Shown: positions 22,995-33,829, counted from the stretch's first letter. The stretch is 64,000 bases of DNA from Alphaproteobacteria bacterium (GCA_964291215.2 OZ219791.1:928001-992000); one strand, 5' to 3'. Numbers and translations: made by a program. The notes: generated by a model from the letters alone, not told the origin.

Positions 22995-23516
22995 ATGGGT
23001 GAACTGCTTGACCGTCTTGAGGTTGGAACCGACCGTTTCAACAGGATCGTGGCGGGCGCTGTCGCGGTCTCCATCGGGCTTTTTGCGGTGCTCATTCCGC
23101 TCAACCTGCTCTCGATCCGGCTCGGGCTCGGCGGCTGGTGGTGGTTGTATGAGGCCGTCGAATACACGCTGTATTTGGGGATATTCCTCGGCGCTCCGTG
23201 GGTCCTGCGCCTCGGCGCACATATCCGCGTCGATGTCTTCATCACCAGCCTTCCCGCGAACTCCGCGCGGATCCTCGATCAGCTGCTCAATGTTGCCGGC
23301 GCGGCACTTTGCCTCCTGCTCTTCGTCTACGGAACGCGGTCCGCGATTGCCGAATTCGCCGACAACATCCTGCCCGACAAGGACCTCCGGATCCCGACCG
23401 GCTACCTGATGGTCGTGTTTGCGTTCTCGTTTCTAATGCTGACCGTCGAGTTCCTGCTGAGAATGCGCCACGCGCGCGCCGAACATCTGGCCGTAGACAC
23501 CAAGGCAGGCCTCTGA
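22995..23516 (+). CDS. dctQ: TRAP transporter small permease
   Basis: Four hydrophobic segments; LRLGAHIRVD motif. Confidence 0.9.
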   Translation: MGELLDRLEVGTDRFNRIVAGAVAVSIGLFAVLIPLNLLSIRLGLGGWWWLYEAVEYTLYLGIFLGAPWVLRLGAHIRVDVFITSLPANSARILDQLLNVAGAALCLLLFVYGTRSAIAEFADNILPDKDLRIPTGYLMVVFAFSFLMLTVEFLLRMRHARAEHLAVDTKAGL

Positions 23517-23517
23517 G

Positions 23518-24963
23518 ATGGAGTGGTATCTCGCCCTCCTCCTCCTGCTCGGCACGGTGTGCGTGGCGATGTTTCTCGGCTTGCCGGTGGCCTTCGCCTT
23601 CTTCGGCGCCAACGTGCTCGGCACCTACCTGTTCCTGAACGGCGACATCGGCCTCGTGCTGATGCCGATGGAATTCCACAACGCAATCAAGTTCACCCTG
23701 GCTCCGATCCCGCTGTTCCTGCTGATGGGCGAGATCCTCCTGCAGACTGGGGTTGCCTTCAAGGCCATCAATGCCATCGACCGCATGATTGCACGCGTCC
23801 CGGGGCGACTGTCGGTGGTGTCGATCGTCGGCGGGACGGTCTTCTCCTCGCTGTCCGGGTCGACCATCGCCAACACTGCGATCCTCGGATCGGTGCTGCT
23901 TCCGGACATGGTGAAGCGCGGATACCGGCGGACCATTGCGATGGGCCCGATCATGGCCGTCGGCGGCATCGCCATGCTGATTCCACCGTCGGCCCTTGCG
24001 GTGCTGCTCGCGAGCCTCGCCGAGCAGTCGGTCGCGCAGCTTCTCATAGCGGGCATCGTGCCGGGCATACTCATGGCCGTCCTCTTCTTCGGCTACGTGA
24101 TGATGCGCTGCACGCTCAACCCGTCGCTGGCGCCGAGCTATGCGCCCGACGAGAGCGGGCTGGACGAGCCTGTCATCGTGGCCGTCAACGCCGGCGGGAA
24201 GACCCGCTGGAGCTGGACCTATGCCGGACGCTTGCGCCGGCCGCTCAACCGGCTGCTCCCGTTCTCCCTCTACATCTTGCCGCTGTTCATCATCTTCATC
24301 GTCGTGGTCGGCAGCATCTTCTTCAAGATCGCGGCGCCGACAGAAGCGGCCGCGCTGGGTTGCCTCGCGGCTCTCGGCGCCTGCTATTTCTTCCGGCTGT
24401 TCAGGAGCGTGATCACGATTACCGGCATCGAAGGGGCGGATTTCACTTGGCGAGAGATCGGCAAGGCGCTCCTGGAGACGGCCAAGATCAACACCATGAT
24501 CCTGTTCATCATCGCCGGTTCGCTGGTATTCAGCCAGGCATTGGCGAATTCGGGGGCCACCGACGGGCTTTTGCAGCAGATCAGCGCCTTGAATCTGACA
24601 CCGTTGACGGTCGTGATCGTGATGATGCTGGTGCTGCTCTTTCTCGGCGCCTTCATGGACCAGGTGAGCATGCTGCTCCTCACCCTTCCGTTCTTCCTTC
24701 TCGGTTCGCAATCGCTTCAGGCGGCGTTCAATATCGACGTCATCTGGCTCATGGTCCTGATGCTGATCACGATGGAGATCAGCCTGCTGACGCCGCCTTT
24801 CGGCCTGTTGCTCTATGTCATGAAGGGGGTCGCGCCGTTCAGCGTCTCGCTCGGACAGGTGGTGATCGCAGCGCTTCCGTTCATCACCATTGAACTGTTC
24901 GTGCTTGTGCTGCTCATCGTCGTGCCCGAACTCGCCGTCTGGCTCCCCCGGCAGCTGAACTGA
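23518..24963 (+). CDS. dctM: TRAP transporter large permease
   Basis: PIPLFLLMGEIL, SLSGSTIA, IPPS, LLTPPFG. Confidence 0.92.
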   Translation: MEWYLALLLLLGTVCVAMFLGLPVAFAFFGANVLGTYLFLNGDIGLVLMPMEFHNAIKFTLAPIPLFLLMGEILLQTGVAFKAINAIDRMIARVPGRLSVVSIVGGTVFSSLSGSTIANTAILGSVLLPDMVKRGYRRTIAMGPIMAVGGIAMLIPPSALAVLLASLAEQSVAQLLIAGIVPGILMAVLFFGYVMMRCTLNPSLAPSYAPDESGLDEPVIVAVNAGGKTRWSWTYAGRLRRPLNRLLPFSLYILPLFIIFIVVVGSIFFKIAAPTEAAALGCLAALGACYFFRLFRSVITITGIEGADFTWREIGKALLETAKINTMILFIIAGSLVFSQALANSGATDGLLQQISALNLTPLTVVIVMMLVLLFLGAFMDQVSMLLLTLPFFLLGSQSLQAAFNIDVIWLMVLMLITMEISLLTPPFGLLLYVMKGVAPFSVSLGQVVIAALPFITIELFVLVLLIVVPELAVWLPRQLN

Positions 24964-25167
24964 CAGTGCAGGTCGTTCGCAGGACCTGGCCGTCGGCAGG
25001 GCGGCTTCAGGCGCGGTGTAAGCCATCGAACGCTCCTTCCCGCATGCGCGCCGCTCATCCCGGTTGCCAAATTCGCGAGTCTCTCTATCCTGCCCACCCA
25101 GAGACGCTCAGGGGCTTGTCCGGGCCGTTGCGGCCGGCGTGCTGATCCGAATACCCCGGAGATCGAT

Positions 25168-26847
25168 GTGGCGGATATTCACACACTGGTCCGCGAAGCT
25201 AGGGCTTGGCCGTATGAGGAGGCGCGCCGGCTCGTCGACCGTCTCGGTGGCCATGCTCCCGGGAAGGGATACGTGCTGTTCCAGACCGGATACGGCCCGT
25301 CCGGGCTGCCGCATATCGGCACGTTCGGCGAAGTCGTGCGCACGACCATGGTCCGCCAGGCGTTCGAGGATATGGTGTCGGATATCCGGACGCGGCTGTT
25401 CGCGTTTTCGGACGACATGGACGGCATGCGCAGTGTTCCCGACAACATTCCAAATCCGGAAATGCTCGCCGAGAATATCGGCAAGCCCCTGACGAGCGTT
25501 CCCGACCCGTTCGGCACTCACGAGAGCTTCGGCCACCATAACAACGCCCTTCTCCGCGAATTTCTCGACAGGTTCGATTTCGACTACGAGTTCAGGAGCG
25601 CCACCGAGTGCTACCGGTCGGGAGAGTTCGACGAGGTGCTCTTGGCGGTGCTGCGCCATCACGAGGAGATCATTGCCGTGATTGCGCCGACGCTGGGCCA
25701 TGAACGACGCGAAACCTACAGTCCCTTCCTTCCCGTATGCCCCCGAACCGGACGGGTGCTTCTCGCCCGGGTCGCGTCCACCGATCCGGATGCGGGCACG
25801 ATCGTCTACGAGGACGAAGACGGCTCGAAGGTCGAGACCCCGGTGACCGGAGGCCGGTGCAAGCTTCAGTGGAAGGCGGACTGGGCCATGCGCTGGGTGG
25901 CGCTGTCGGTGGACTACGAAATGTCGGGAAAGGACCTGATCGATTCCGTCCGCCTGTCGGGCCGCATCTGCAGGATCCTCGGCGGCACGCCGCCGGCCGG
26001 CTTTACCTACGAGCTGTTCCTTGACGAGAACGGCGAGAAGATCTCGAAGTCGCGCGGCAACGGGCTGACGGTGGATGAGTGGCTGGACTACGCGCCGGCC
26101 TCCAGCCTCGGCCTGTTCATGTACACCTCGCCGCGCAAGGCCAAGCGGTTGTATTTCGATGTCATCCCGCGCCATGTCGACGACTGGTCGAAGCATCTCG
26201 AGAACTTCGCGGACCAGGACTGGGCCGGCCGGATCGAGAACCCGTACTGGCATCTTCGTGATGTCCTGCCGCGCGCCGCCGGCAGTGCGGAGGGAAAAGC
26301 CGCAGGCCCTTCGAGGCGGGAGATCCTGGGCGGCGCCGACCTCGATGTCGGCGGCGAGACGGAACGTGGGCGGAGCCCTGTCGGGTTCGGGCTGCTGCTC
26401 AACCTTGCTGCTGTCTGCAATACCGAGGACTCCGCTGTGCTGTGGGGCTTCGTCAGTCGCTACGCGCCGGGAACGGGTCCCGAAGGCGATCCCAATCTCG
26501 ATGCGATGATCGGCCATGCCATCGCCTATTACCGCGATTTCGTGAAGCCGAAGAAGAACTACCGTCTGCCCGATGACGCGGAGCGCGAGGCTCTGGCGGC
26601 GCTACTCGACCGTCTTGAGCGCCTGCCCGCCGACGCTGGACCGGAAAGCATCCAGAGCGAGATCTACGAGATCGGCAAGGCATCCGGTTACGAGAACCTG
26701 CGCGAATGGTTTGCGATGCTCTATGAAGTGCTGCTGGGCCAGAGCCAGGGGCCGCGCTTCGGATCGTTCGTGGCCCTTTACGGCATTGCCGAAATGGCGG
26801 CGCTGATTCGGCGCGTATGCGACGGAGAGTTGATAGCGGCTGAATGA
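25168..26847 (+). CDS. lysS: Class I lysyl-tRNA synthetase
   Basis: TGYGPSGLPHIGTFGE, KLQWKADWAMRW, KISKSRGNG, GPRFGSF. Confidence 0.96.
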   Translation: MADIHTLVREARAWPYEEARRLVDRLGGHAPGKGYVLFQTGYGPSGLPHIGTFGEVVRTTMVRQAFEDMVSDIRTRLFAFSDDMDGMRSVPDNIPNPEMLAENIGKPLTSVPDPFGTHESFGHHNNALLREFLDRFDFDYEFRSATECYRSGEFDEVLLAVLRHHEEIIAVIAPTLGHERRETYSPFLPVCPRTGRVLLARVASTDPDAGTIVYEDEDGSKVETPVTGGRCKLQWKADWAMRWVALSVDYEMSGKDLIDSVRLSGRICRILGGTPPAGFTYELFLDENGEKISKSRGNGLTVDEWLDYAPASSLGLFMYTSPRKAKRLYFDVIPRHVDDWSKHLENFADQDWAGRIENPYWHLRDVLPRAAGSAEGKAAGPSRREILGGADLDVGGETERGRSPVGFGLLLNLAAVCNTEDSAVLWGFVSRYAPGTGPEGDPNLDAMIGHAIAYYRDFVKPKKNYRLPDDAEREALAALLDRLERLPADAGPESIQSEIYEIGKASGYENLREWFAMLYEVLLGQSQGPRFGSFVALYGIAEMAALIRRVCDGELIAAE

Positions 26848-26868
26848 CCGGTTGCGGCCGTCGCGCAT

Positions 26869-27273
26869 TCAGTTGAGCGGCCCGGGCGCCTCCTCGTGCG
26901 AGATTTCGGGCTGCGCGGCGGTTGGCCCGGACTGGTGGTGGACCATCTTCCACAGGCGATCCTCGCGGACGAAGATGTTGGTCGCAACGAGGAACCGCTT
27001 GTCGATTTCCTCGAAGCACACAACGCTCGCGGTCTCGCCGTAGAGGCGGGCTTGCGCCATGTGGCATGCGATCGTCGGCGAATCGGGATGGCTGATGATC
27101 GATTTCCAGGTCTGCATGACCTGCGTTCTGCCGAAGACCGGGCCCCATCCGGGGTGCAGGCAGGTAACCGGCGCCGTCTTCGACCAAAGATCGTCCATGG
27201 CGGCGAAGTCCCGGTCCACGAAGGCGCGGTAAAAGACCTCGTTTGCGAACAGGACAGCGTAGGTATCGGACAT
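26869..27273 (-). CDS. NTF2/SnoaL-like fold protein
   Basis: ANEVFYRAF..CLHPGW..ATNIFVRED..WKMVHHQS. Confidence 0.85.
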   Translation of the reverse strand: MSDTYAVLFANEVFYRAFVDRDFAAMDDLWSKTAPVTCLHPGWGPVFGRTQVMQTWKSIISHPDSPTIACHMAQARLYGETASVVCFEEIDKRFLVATNIFVREDRLWKMVHHQSGPTAAQPEISHEEAPGPLN

Positions 27274-27332
27274 AGCCGTATGGCGCTCGCTTGGTGTCGG
27301 ACATCGCAGTATGGCGTCTTGTGCGGAGCTTG

Positions 27333-29258
27333 TCAGCCCGTGACCGCGCGTCTGCGGTTGGCGAGAACGAGGGCGGCGGTAGCGGCGGCGCCGACGAGGT
27401 TCAGCAAGACGGCGCCTTCGAAGAGAGTCCCCGGGACCAGGAGCGCGGCGCCCGCAGCGATAAAGAGGATACGCATCGGCACGCCGGTCGAGCAGAAGAG
27501 CCAGCCTGCAAGCCCCACCGATACCGCCCACACGCCGGCGACCGTGGCGGCCGTGCTCCCGAGAATCTGTCCGGTCGTTCCGATCATCAGGAGCACCGGC
27601 GAGATGACGAACAGGAAGGGGATGAGATAGGCGGACCATCCGAACATCACCGCGGCATAGCCCGTCCTCATCGGTTCGGAGCCAGCGACCGTGGCGGCGG
27701 CAAAGGCGGCTATCGCGACCGGCGGCGTGATCATCGACAGCATCCCGAAATAGAGCGCGAACATGTGCGCCGCTATCGGCTCCACCCCGACCTCGACCAG
27801 CGATGGCGCGACCAGCGTTGCGAGCAGGAGATAGACGCCAAGGGTCGGCATGCCCATGCCGAGGATGATAGAGACCAGGGCCGCCATCACGAGCAGCAGG
27901 AAGAGGCTGCCGGCCGCCATCTCGATGAGCGCCTGGGTCAGCGCGAAGCCGAGCCCGGTAATGTTGAGCACTCCGATGACGACACCAGCCATCGCGCCGA
28001 TCATGACGATCTGGGTGACGGCAATCCCGGTGGTGGACAGCGACCGGATCACGCGTCCCGGCGCCATGCGCTCTCCCCGGTATCCGGGGAACGTCCCGAC
28101 GACGACGACCGCGAAAGCTGCCGCCAGTGCGGAAGTGTCGGGTCGCAGGTTGAGATTGAACAGGGCCACAATCAGGACGGCGAAGGGAATGAGGAACACC
28201 CAGCCCGCGCGGAATACATCCCGGCGCGCCGGAATCAGCTCGTCAGCGATGCGCGCGATCCCGTTGCGCGCGGCATAGAGATCAGCCTGGATGAAGAGCG
28301 TTATGTAATAGAGGAGCGCCGGGATGATCGCCGCGATGACTACCTCGCCGTAGGGAATCTGCAGAAACTCCGCCATCACGAACGCGGCGGCGCCCATGAT
28401 CGGTGGCATCAGCTGACCGCCGGTGGAAGCCACGGCCTCGATGGCGCCCGCGGCATGCGCCGAATAGCCGCCTTCCTTCATCATCGGGATGGTGATCACG
28501 CCCGTGGAGACGACGTTCGAGACCGCGCTGCCGGAAATCGAGCCGAAGAGGCTCGAGGCGGTGATGGCGATCTTCGACGAGCCGCCGCGGTAGCGACCCA
28601 TCAGCGAGACCGAGATGTCGGTGAAGAACCGGGAGCCTCCCGATGCCTGAAGGAGATGACCGAAGAACACGAAGGCGATGACGATGGTCGTTGAGACCAC
28701 CATCGGGATGCCGACGAGGCCGTTCGGATCGAGGGCGATGTACAGGAACATGCGCTCGACATCGACGTTCCGGCCCTCGAACTGCCCGGGAACCAGATGG
28801 CCGAACAGCCCGAACAGGATGAAGAAGAGCATGAAGAAGAACAGCACCTTGCCGGCGGTCCGGCGTAGTCCCTCCGCGACCAGCGCAATGATGACGACCG
28901 CGGAGGCCACGGCTTCCGGCAGGCGGGCATGCAGGCTGTCAAAGATCACCGCGTACTGCCAGGTCACATAGGTGCAGACGGCCACCGAGGCGCCGATTGC
29001 GAGCCAGTCGTGCCAGGGGATCCGGTCGCGGGGGGCTCCGGGAACGGCAGGAAAGACAGCGAAGACGAGCACCAGCGCGATTCCGAGCATGCCGACCAGG
29101 CGCTGCTCGATGAACGTCGCCATGCCGGCGAGCTGGTAGAGGTCGAGCGCTTCGGCGACCGATCCCAGCGTCAGGGCCGCGCCGAGGACGGATCCGATGA
29201 TCCGTGCAAGCTTTGAAGACGGGGGATCCGTTCTCGGTTCCCGGCCCTTACTGTCCAT
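27333..29258 (-). CDS. TAXI-TRAP fused permease (4TM/12TM)
   Basis: ISGSAVSNV, ASTGGQLMPPIMGA, LGMGMPT, ITPPVA. Confidence 0.92.
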   Translation of the reverse strand: MDSKGREPRTDPPSSKLARIIGSVLGAALTLGSVAEALDLYQLAGMATFIEQRLVGMLGIALVLVFAVFPAVPGAPRDRIPWHDWLAIGASVAVCTYVTWQYAVIFDSLHARLPEAVASAVVIIALVAEGLRRTAGKVLFFFMLFFILFGLFGHLVPGQFEGRNVDVERMFLYIALDPNGLVGIPMVVSTTIVIAFVFFGHLLQASGGSRFFTDISVSLMGRYRGGSSKIAITASSLFGSISGSAVSNVVSTGVITIPMMKEGGYSAHAAGAIEAVASTGGQLMPPIMGAAAFVMAEFLQIPYGEVVIAAIIPALLYYITLFIQADLYAARNGIARIADELIPARRDVFRAGWVFLIPFAVLIVALFNLNLRPDTSALAAAFAVVVVGTFPGYRGERMAPGRVIRSLSTTGIAVTQIVMIGAMAGVVIGVLNITGLGFALTQALIEMAAGSLFLLLVMAALVSIILGMGMPTLGVYLLLATLVAPSLVEVGVEPIAAHMFALYFGMLSMITPPVAIAAFAAATVAGSEPMRTGYAAVMFGWSAYLIPFLFVISPVLLMIGTTGQILGSTAATVAGVWAVSVGLAGWLFCSTGVPMRILFIAAGAALLVPGTLFEGAVLLNLVGAAATAALVLANRRRAVTG

Positions 29259-29294
29259 CCCGGGAAGTCCCGCCCCCCCTGAACGGAACCGGTG

Positions 29295-30242
29295 CTACCT
29301 TCCCATTTCCGTGTAGAAGCGCTTCGCCCCGGGGTGGTAGGCGATGCCGACATCGAGGTGCAGCTTGCTCTGCCGCATGCCCGTGAAGGCCTTGTGGGAG
29401 GCGACCAGCTTCTTCTTGTTCCCGTGGATTGCCTTGGCAACCTTGTAGACGACATCGTCGGGGGTCTTGCTCGATGCCATCAGCAGGAACGGGGCCTCGA
29501 AAATGTTCGTCGGTTCCGATATGCCGGGATGGGCCGGGCTCGGCCCGATAGTTGCGATATAGGAGCCCGGCGCGATCTTCTGCATCGCCTTTTCGGATTC
29601 CGGCGTCTTGGGCAGCGACAGCACGCGGATACCGCCGACCTTGGCGTGGGCCTGCGCTGTCTTGCCAGACGTCAGCGAGAAGGTGACGGCATCGATCTTG
29701 CCGGCCATGAAGTCATCGACCTGGCGCACGCCGTTCGGCACCGGCACGCCGACGACATCCTTGTGCGTCAGACCTGCGGTTGCGAGCTTGGCCGCTCCGG
29801 TGAGAAGGACGACGCGCTGCTTGGGGTAGCCGCTGCCGAGACGTTTGTTCTTCAGATCGGCGATAGCCCGGATCGGGGAGTCCTTGCGCACAAAGAAGCC
29901 GAGCTGCAGCGGAAACAGCGCCGCCACGACGCGCACGTTCGGCTGCTTGCCCGGTTTCGTGAACATGGCCCTGCCCTGGGTGGCGAAGGCCGCGGGAATG
30001 CTGAGTGAAATCGAGAAGTCGAGTTCGCCCGTATTGACCAAAGGCAGCGTAACGATCGGACCACCCTGCGGAATGACGCGAACCTTGAGGTCGCTGGTCT
30101 CGGTCGCGACCTTCGCGATGCCTGCGGCTGTCGAATAGGCGAGCGAGCCCTGCGGATTGCTGCCGATACCGAATGTGCGCGCGGAAGCTGCATTGGCGGC
30201 CAGCGAAACCGCGAGTACGGCTGTAAGAACAAAATGCTTCAT
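29295..30242 (-). CDS. TAXI-family TRAP solute-binding protein
   Basis: Signal peptide; GSNPQGSLAY; YHPGAKRFY. Confidence 0.9.
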   Translation of the reverse strand: MKHFVLTAVLAVSLAANAASARTFGIGSNPQGSLAYSTAAGIAKVATETSDLKVRVIPQGGPIVTLPLVNTGELDFSISLSIPAAFATQGRAMFTKPGKQPNVRVVAALFPLQLGFFVRKDSPIRAIADLKNKRLGSGYPKQRVVLLTGAAKLATAGLTHKDVVGVPVPNGVRQVDDFMAGKIDAVTFSLTSGKTAQAHAKVGGIRVLSLPKTPESEKAMQKIAPGSYIATIGPSPAHPGISEPTNIFEAPFLLMASSKTPDDVVYKVAKAIHGNKKKLVASHKAFTGMRQSKLHLDVGIAYHPGAKRFYTEMGR

Positions 30243-30335
30243 CGTCTTCTCCTCGTGGGGCGGGGCGGCGTCATGCCGGCCACGATCCACCGGCACTGCC
30301 GGCGGCAGCCGCTCAGGCTGACGGACAGTCCGATG

Positions 30336-31229
30336 TCAGATATCGATCCGAAGCAGATCATACGCCAGTTGAAGGGGACCGTCATATGCCTTGCGGATAT
30401 CGCGCACGACATCGTTCATCAGCCCGGGCCCCATGAGCTCGACCGGAAAATGGTGCCTGGCGGCGCGGCGTATCACTTCGTTCGTCGATTCGAAATGGCC
30501 GAAGTGGGTTGCGACAAGGGACTTGACGCCGGCATCGCGGGCTATCCTGCCGAGGTCCTCCGGCGAGGTATGGGCGAAGGTCCCGACGCCGGTCCGGCGC
30601 CGGTGTTCGATGAAAGATTCGGGAAACGTGCATTCGTGGATTAGGAGATCGGCGTCGCGGGCAAGCCTGACCATGCTGTCGCACGGCGAAGTGTCTCCGG
30701 AAAAGGCTATGGCCCTGTCCTCGGCCTCGAACCGGATGCCGAAGCATTCGGCGATGTCGCGGGGAATATGCTCGACATGGTCGCAACGGATCGTCACGTC
30801 GCCGTCCTCGTAGGCCAGGCCAGGACTGACCTCGCGCACGTCGGGCCGCACGGCGTCGAGATTGCCCTGACGCAACGGATAGGCGCTTCGCGCTCGGAAA
30901 TCGGCGTCGAAGGCGCCGTTCTCGAACAGATGCTGGCAGAAGGCCGCCGTACCCTTCGGGCCGAGAACCACGGGGGCGGCGGGCCGGTCCCACATCCATC
31001 CGGTGATCGTGAACAGCGGAAAGTCGCATATGTGGTCGTGGTGCAGATGGGTCAGGAAGACGACCCGAACATCGGCGGGGCTGGCATTGGCCGCGACCAT
31101 GTTCCGCACCGTTCCGGCCCCACAATCGAACAGGTAGCGCCCGCCATTGTCCAGCGTCACGAGAATGCCGGACTGCGCCCGGTCGGGGTCGGCGAAGGCT
31201 GCGCCCGTGCCCAGCATGGTGACATACAT
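30336..31229 (-). CDS. MBL-fold metallo-hydrolase (RNase Z/arylsulfatase-like)
   Basis: LGTG, FDCGAG, THLHHDH, FSGDT, LIHEC. Confidence 0.88.
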   Translation of the reverse strand: MYVTMLGTGAAFADPDRAQSGILVTLDNGGRYLFDCGAGTVRNMVAANASPADVRVVFLTHLHHDHICDFPLFTITGWMWDRPAAPVVLGPKGTAAFCQHLFENGAFDADFRARSAYPLRQGNLDAVRPDVREVSPGLAYEDGDVTIRCDHVEHIPRDIAECFGIRFEAEDRAIAFSGDTSPCDSMVRLARDADLLIHECTFPESFIEHRRRTGVGTFAHTSPEDLGRIARDAGVKSLVATHFGHFESTNEVIRRAARHHFPVELMGPGLMNDVVRDIRKAYDGPLQLAYDLLRIDI

Positions 31230-31428
31230 ATTCAAATCCTCGTTTGCGTGACGGCAATTCAGGTGCGGGAGATAACTCCGATCCGGGGTGTTTCCGGCGG
31301 TTATCAGCGAACCCGTCCGAGAATGTGGTATGGAAGAACAGGACGCGATAACTGGCCCATGCCGGTTCGGACCCAAGTGTTCCGTCCCCCCGACGGCCCG
31401 GAAATCCCGGGGAGGGGTCAGGCAGGAA

Positions 31429-31503
31429 TGGTGGGCGCGGCTGGGATTGAACCAGCGACCCCTACGATGTCAACGTAGTGCTCTCCCGCTGAGCTACGCG
31501 CCC
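31429..31503 (-). tRNA. tRNA-Val(GAC)
   Basis: GGGCGCGTAGCTCAGCGGGAGAGCACTACGTTGACATCGTAGGGGTCGCTGGTTCAATCCCAGCCGCGCCCACCA; anticodon GAC; encoded CCA. Confidence 0.97.
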
Positions 31504-31761
31504 TTAAACCACCTGAGGCAAATCTAAAGTCCTGCCACGGCGAGTGCAAGAGTTCGTCTTCGGACCGCACCGTGATCCCACGCTGCTAATCCAGCGACGA
31601 CTGACGAGACTGTTTTCAGTTTGCGGCGCGCTGCAATCGTGCCGCCAAGGCTCAATGGGGCCTTGTCGGCACGAAAATTGCGATCAAGGGGGCGATCTGT
31701 GATGACGCGAGCCCCAACGCATCCGGATTTCGCGTCTCCGAATTAGCATGGGATCATCGTG

Positions 31762-31826
31762 CTCCACGAAAACTCGTTCGTTGCTCTACCCCGACATCAA
31801 GCCGAAACTAGGGGGTGAGCAGTTAC
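31762..31826 (-). repeat. Solo end of the IS66-like/MTase element
   Basis: Matches 44691-44755, 46178-46224 and 58709-58774; terminates GTAACTGCTCACC on the minus strand. Confidence 0.75.
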
Positions 31827-32324
31827 TAGTGATCTGCGAAATGCCCAAGCCTGCCTCCGCTCTGGTCGCGGCAGGCGTATTGGCAAGAGATCTGGTGATA
31901 TTGTCCGGTGATCCGGTCAAGGCGGATGCTTTTGCACCGCTTGTCGCTGCCTTTCGCCAGCATGCCGGCGAGACTGTTCGCGCGCCGGCGGAGGTCCTTG
32001 AAGTCGCGTCCGACATACGCGAAGGCTTCAGTCCAGACAGCGCATGATTGCGGAGTGATCTTCGGGACTGCTCCGGAACCGCCCCGTCCGCCATTTCGAC
32101 GACTTGACCGTGTTCAGTTGATCGAACGGGAAGGAAGCATCGAGAACCGGCGGACATCATTCCGCGATTGTCGGACAGATGACAAGCGGAGAGGATCGCG
32201 TAAAATGACGCCATGCCGTCGGTGTCCGGCCGCTGTCGGCTTGGCGGCAACACTCGCCCGCACCTGTAGCGTAATCCCCTGGACGTACGGGCTCCTTAGG
32301 CTGCCGAACATGTGGGAGTTATAC

Positions 32325-33281
32325 ATGGCCAAAACCGGAAGCGGTTCTGCCCGGCCTGTCGCGCCCTGCAATGTCGTTGCGGGGCCGTCTTCGCGCTTGC
32401 GGCAGGAGTACTCCCTGCGGGCGCAGCGGTCGCATGAGGTTCTGAGGCCTCGGAGGGTAATGCTCCCCATCGTCTTCACGTCGCCGCACAGCGGCAGCGA
32501 CTACCCGGAAGATTTTGTCGCCCAGTCGCGGCTCGGGCGGCTGGGCCTCAGGCGCTCCGAGGACGCCTTCGTCGATGAACTGTTTGCCGCTGCGCCCGCC
32601 TACGGGGCGCCCCTGCTTCGCGCATTGTTTCCGCGCGCCTATATCGACGTCAATCGCGAACCTTTCGAACTCGACGAAAAGATGTTCGTCGACCGCCTGC
32701 CGGCGCATATCAATGTCCGCTCCAAGCGAGTCGCCGCCGGGCTCGGAACCATCGCCAGGGTGATTTCAAGCGGTCAGGAAATCCACGCGCGCAAGCTGAG
32801 TTTCGAAGAGGCGCTCGACCGCATCCACCGGCACTATTTTCCCTACCATCGCACCCTGCAGCGCCTCATCGACAACAGGCGGAGCCGGTTCGGCTACTGC
32901 ATCGTTGTCGATTGCCATTCGATGCCGTCGGTCGGCGGACTGCGCGATCCGGATCCCGAGCACGGCCGGGCGGATGTCGTTATCGGGGACTGTTTCGGAG
33001 AAGCCTGCGCTCCCTATATCACGGACATGATCGAGGAGACGCTCTCGGGATTCGGGTATGTCGTCCATCGCAACAGGCCCTTCGCAGGCGGCTTCACGAC
33101 CGAGCATTACGGCAATCCGCGCGAGGGTGTTCACGTTGTCCAGATCGAACTGAACCGTGCGCTCTACATGGATGAGTTCAGGATTGCGAGGACTGCCGGC
33201 TTTGCGTGCCTCGAGGCCCGGATGACACGGCTGATCGCCATGCTGGCACAGTTCACCACGCAGGCCATGGCCGCGGAATGA
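32325..33281 (+). CDS. N-formylglutamate amidohydrolase
   Basis: SPHSGSDYP, RAYIDVNRE, DCHSMPS, QIELNRALY; start codon uncertain. Confidence 0.9.
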   Translation: MAKTGSGSARPVAPCNVVAGPSSRLRQEYSLRAQRSHEVLRPRRVMLPIVFTSPHSGSDYPEDFVAQSRLGRLGLRRSEDAFVDELFAAAPAYGAPLLRALFPRAYIDVNREPFELDEKMFVDRLPAHINVRSKRVAAGLGTIARVISSGQEIHARKLSFEEALDRIHRHYFPYHRTLQRLIDNRRSRFGYCIVVDCHSMPSVGGLRDPDPEHGRADVVIGDCFGEACAPYITDMIEETLSGFGYVVHRNRPFAGGFTTEHYGNPREGVHVVQIELNRALYMDEFRIARTAGFACLEARMTRLIAMLAQFTTQAMAAE

Positions 33282-33829
33282 TCGGCGCGACGAAGGCCGC
33301 GACGGGCATCGCGGTGCGTGACGCAATCGAGGCTGACCTCTCGTGGATTGCGGAAATCTACAAACACTATGTTCTCGATTCGATTTCGACGTTCGATGAA
33401 GAGGTTCCCGACATTGTGGAAACGACGGCGCGTTTCCGGCGACTGACGGAGGCGGGTTTTCCCTGGCTGGTGGCGGAAACGCCCGCCGGGGTGGAGGGTT
33501 ACGCATATGCTACGCCATGGCGCGACCGTTCCGCCTACCGTTATGCGGTCGAGGATTCCATCTATGTGGCGGCCGACAGCGTCCGCCGCGGAATCGGAAC
33601 CGCGCTCCTTGGCGAGCTGATACGGCGCTGCGAGGTGTCCGGAAAACGCCAGATGATCGCCGTCATCGGCGGGTCCACGAACGTCGCCTCGATCGGTCTG
33701 CACGGTCGGCTGGGATTTCGTGTCGCCGGCGTCCTCCCGTCGTTTGGCTACAAGTTCGGGGCCTGGAGCGATACGGTGCTGATGACGCGCCCGCTTGGCG
33801 ATGGGGAAGCATCGCCACCGGAAGGCTGA
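33278..33829 (+). CDS. GNAT N-acetyltransferase (Pat/YncA-like)
   Basis: GYAYATPWRDRSAYRYAVEDSIYV; NVASIGLHGRLGF. Confidence 0.9.
   Translation: MIGATKAATGIAVRDAIEADLSWIAEIYKHYVLDSISTFDEEVPDIVETTARFRRLTEAGFPWLVAETPAGVEGYAYATPWRDRSAYRYAVEDSIYVAADSVRRGIGTALLGELIRRCEVSGKRQMIAVIGGSTNVASIGLHGRLGFRVAGVLPSFGYKFGAWSDTVLMTRPLGDGEASPPEG

Noticed and set aside
31429-31503. tRNA-Val as an integrative element attachment site
   Set aside because: No integrase nearby and no duplicated tRNA 3' end was found in the window.
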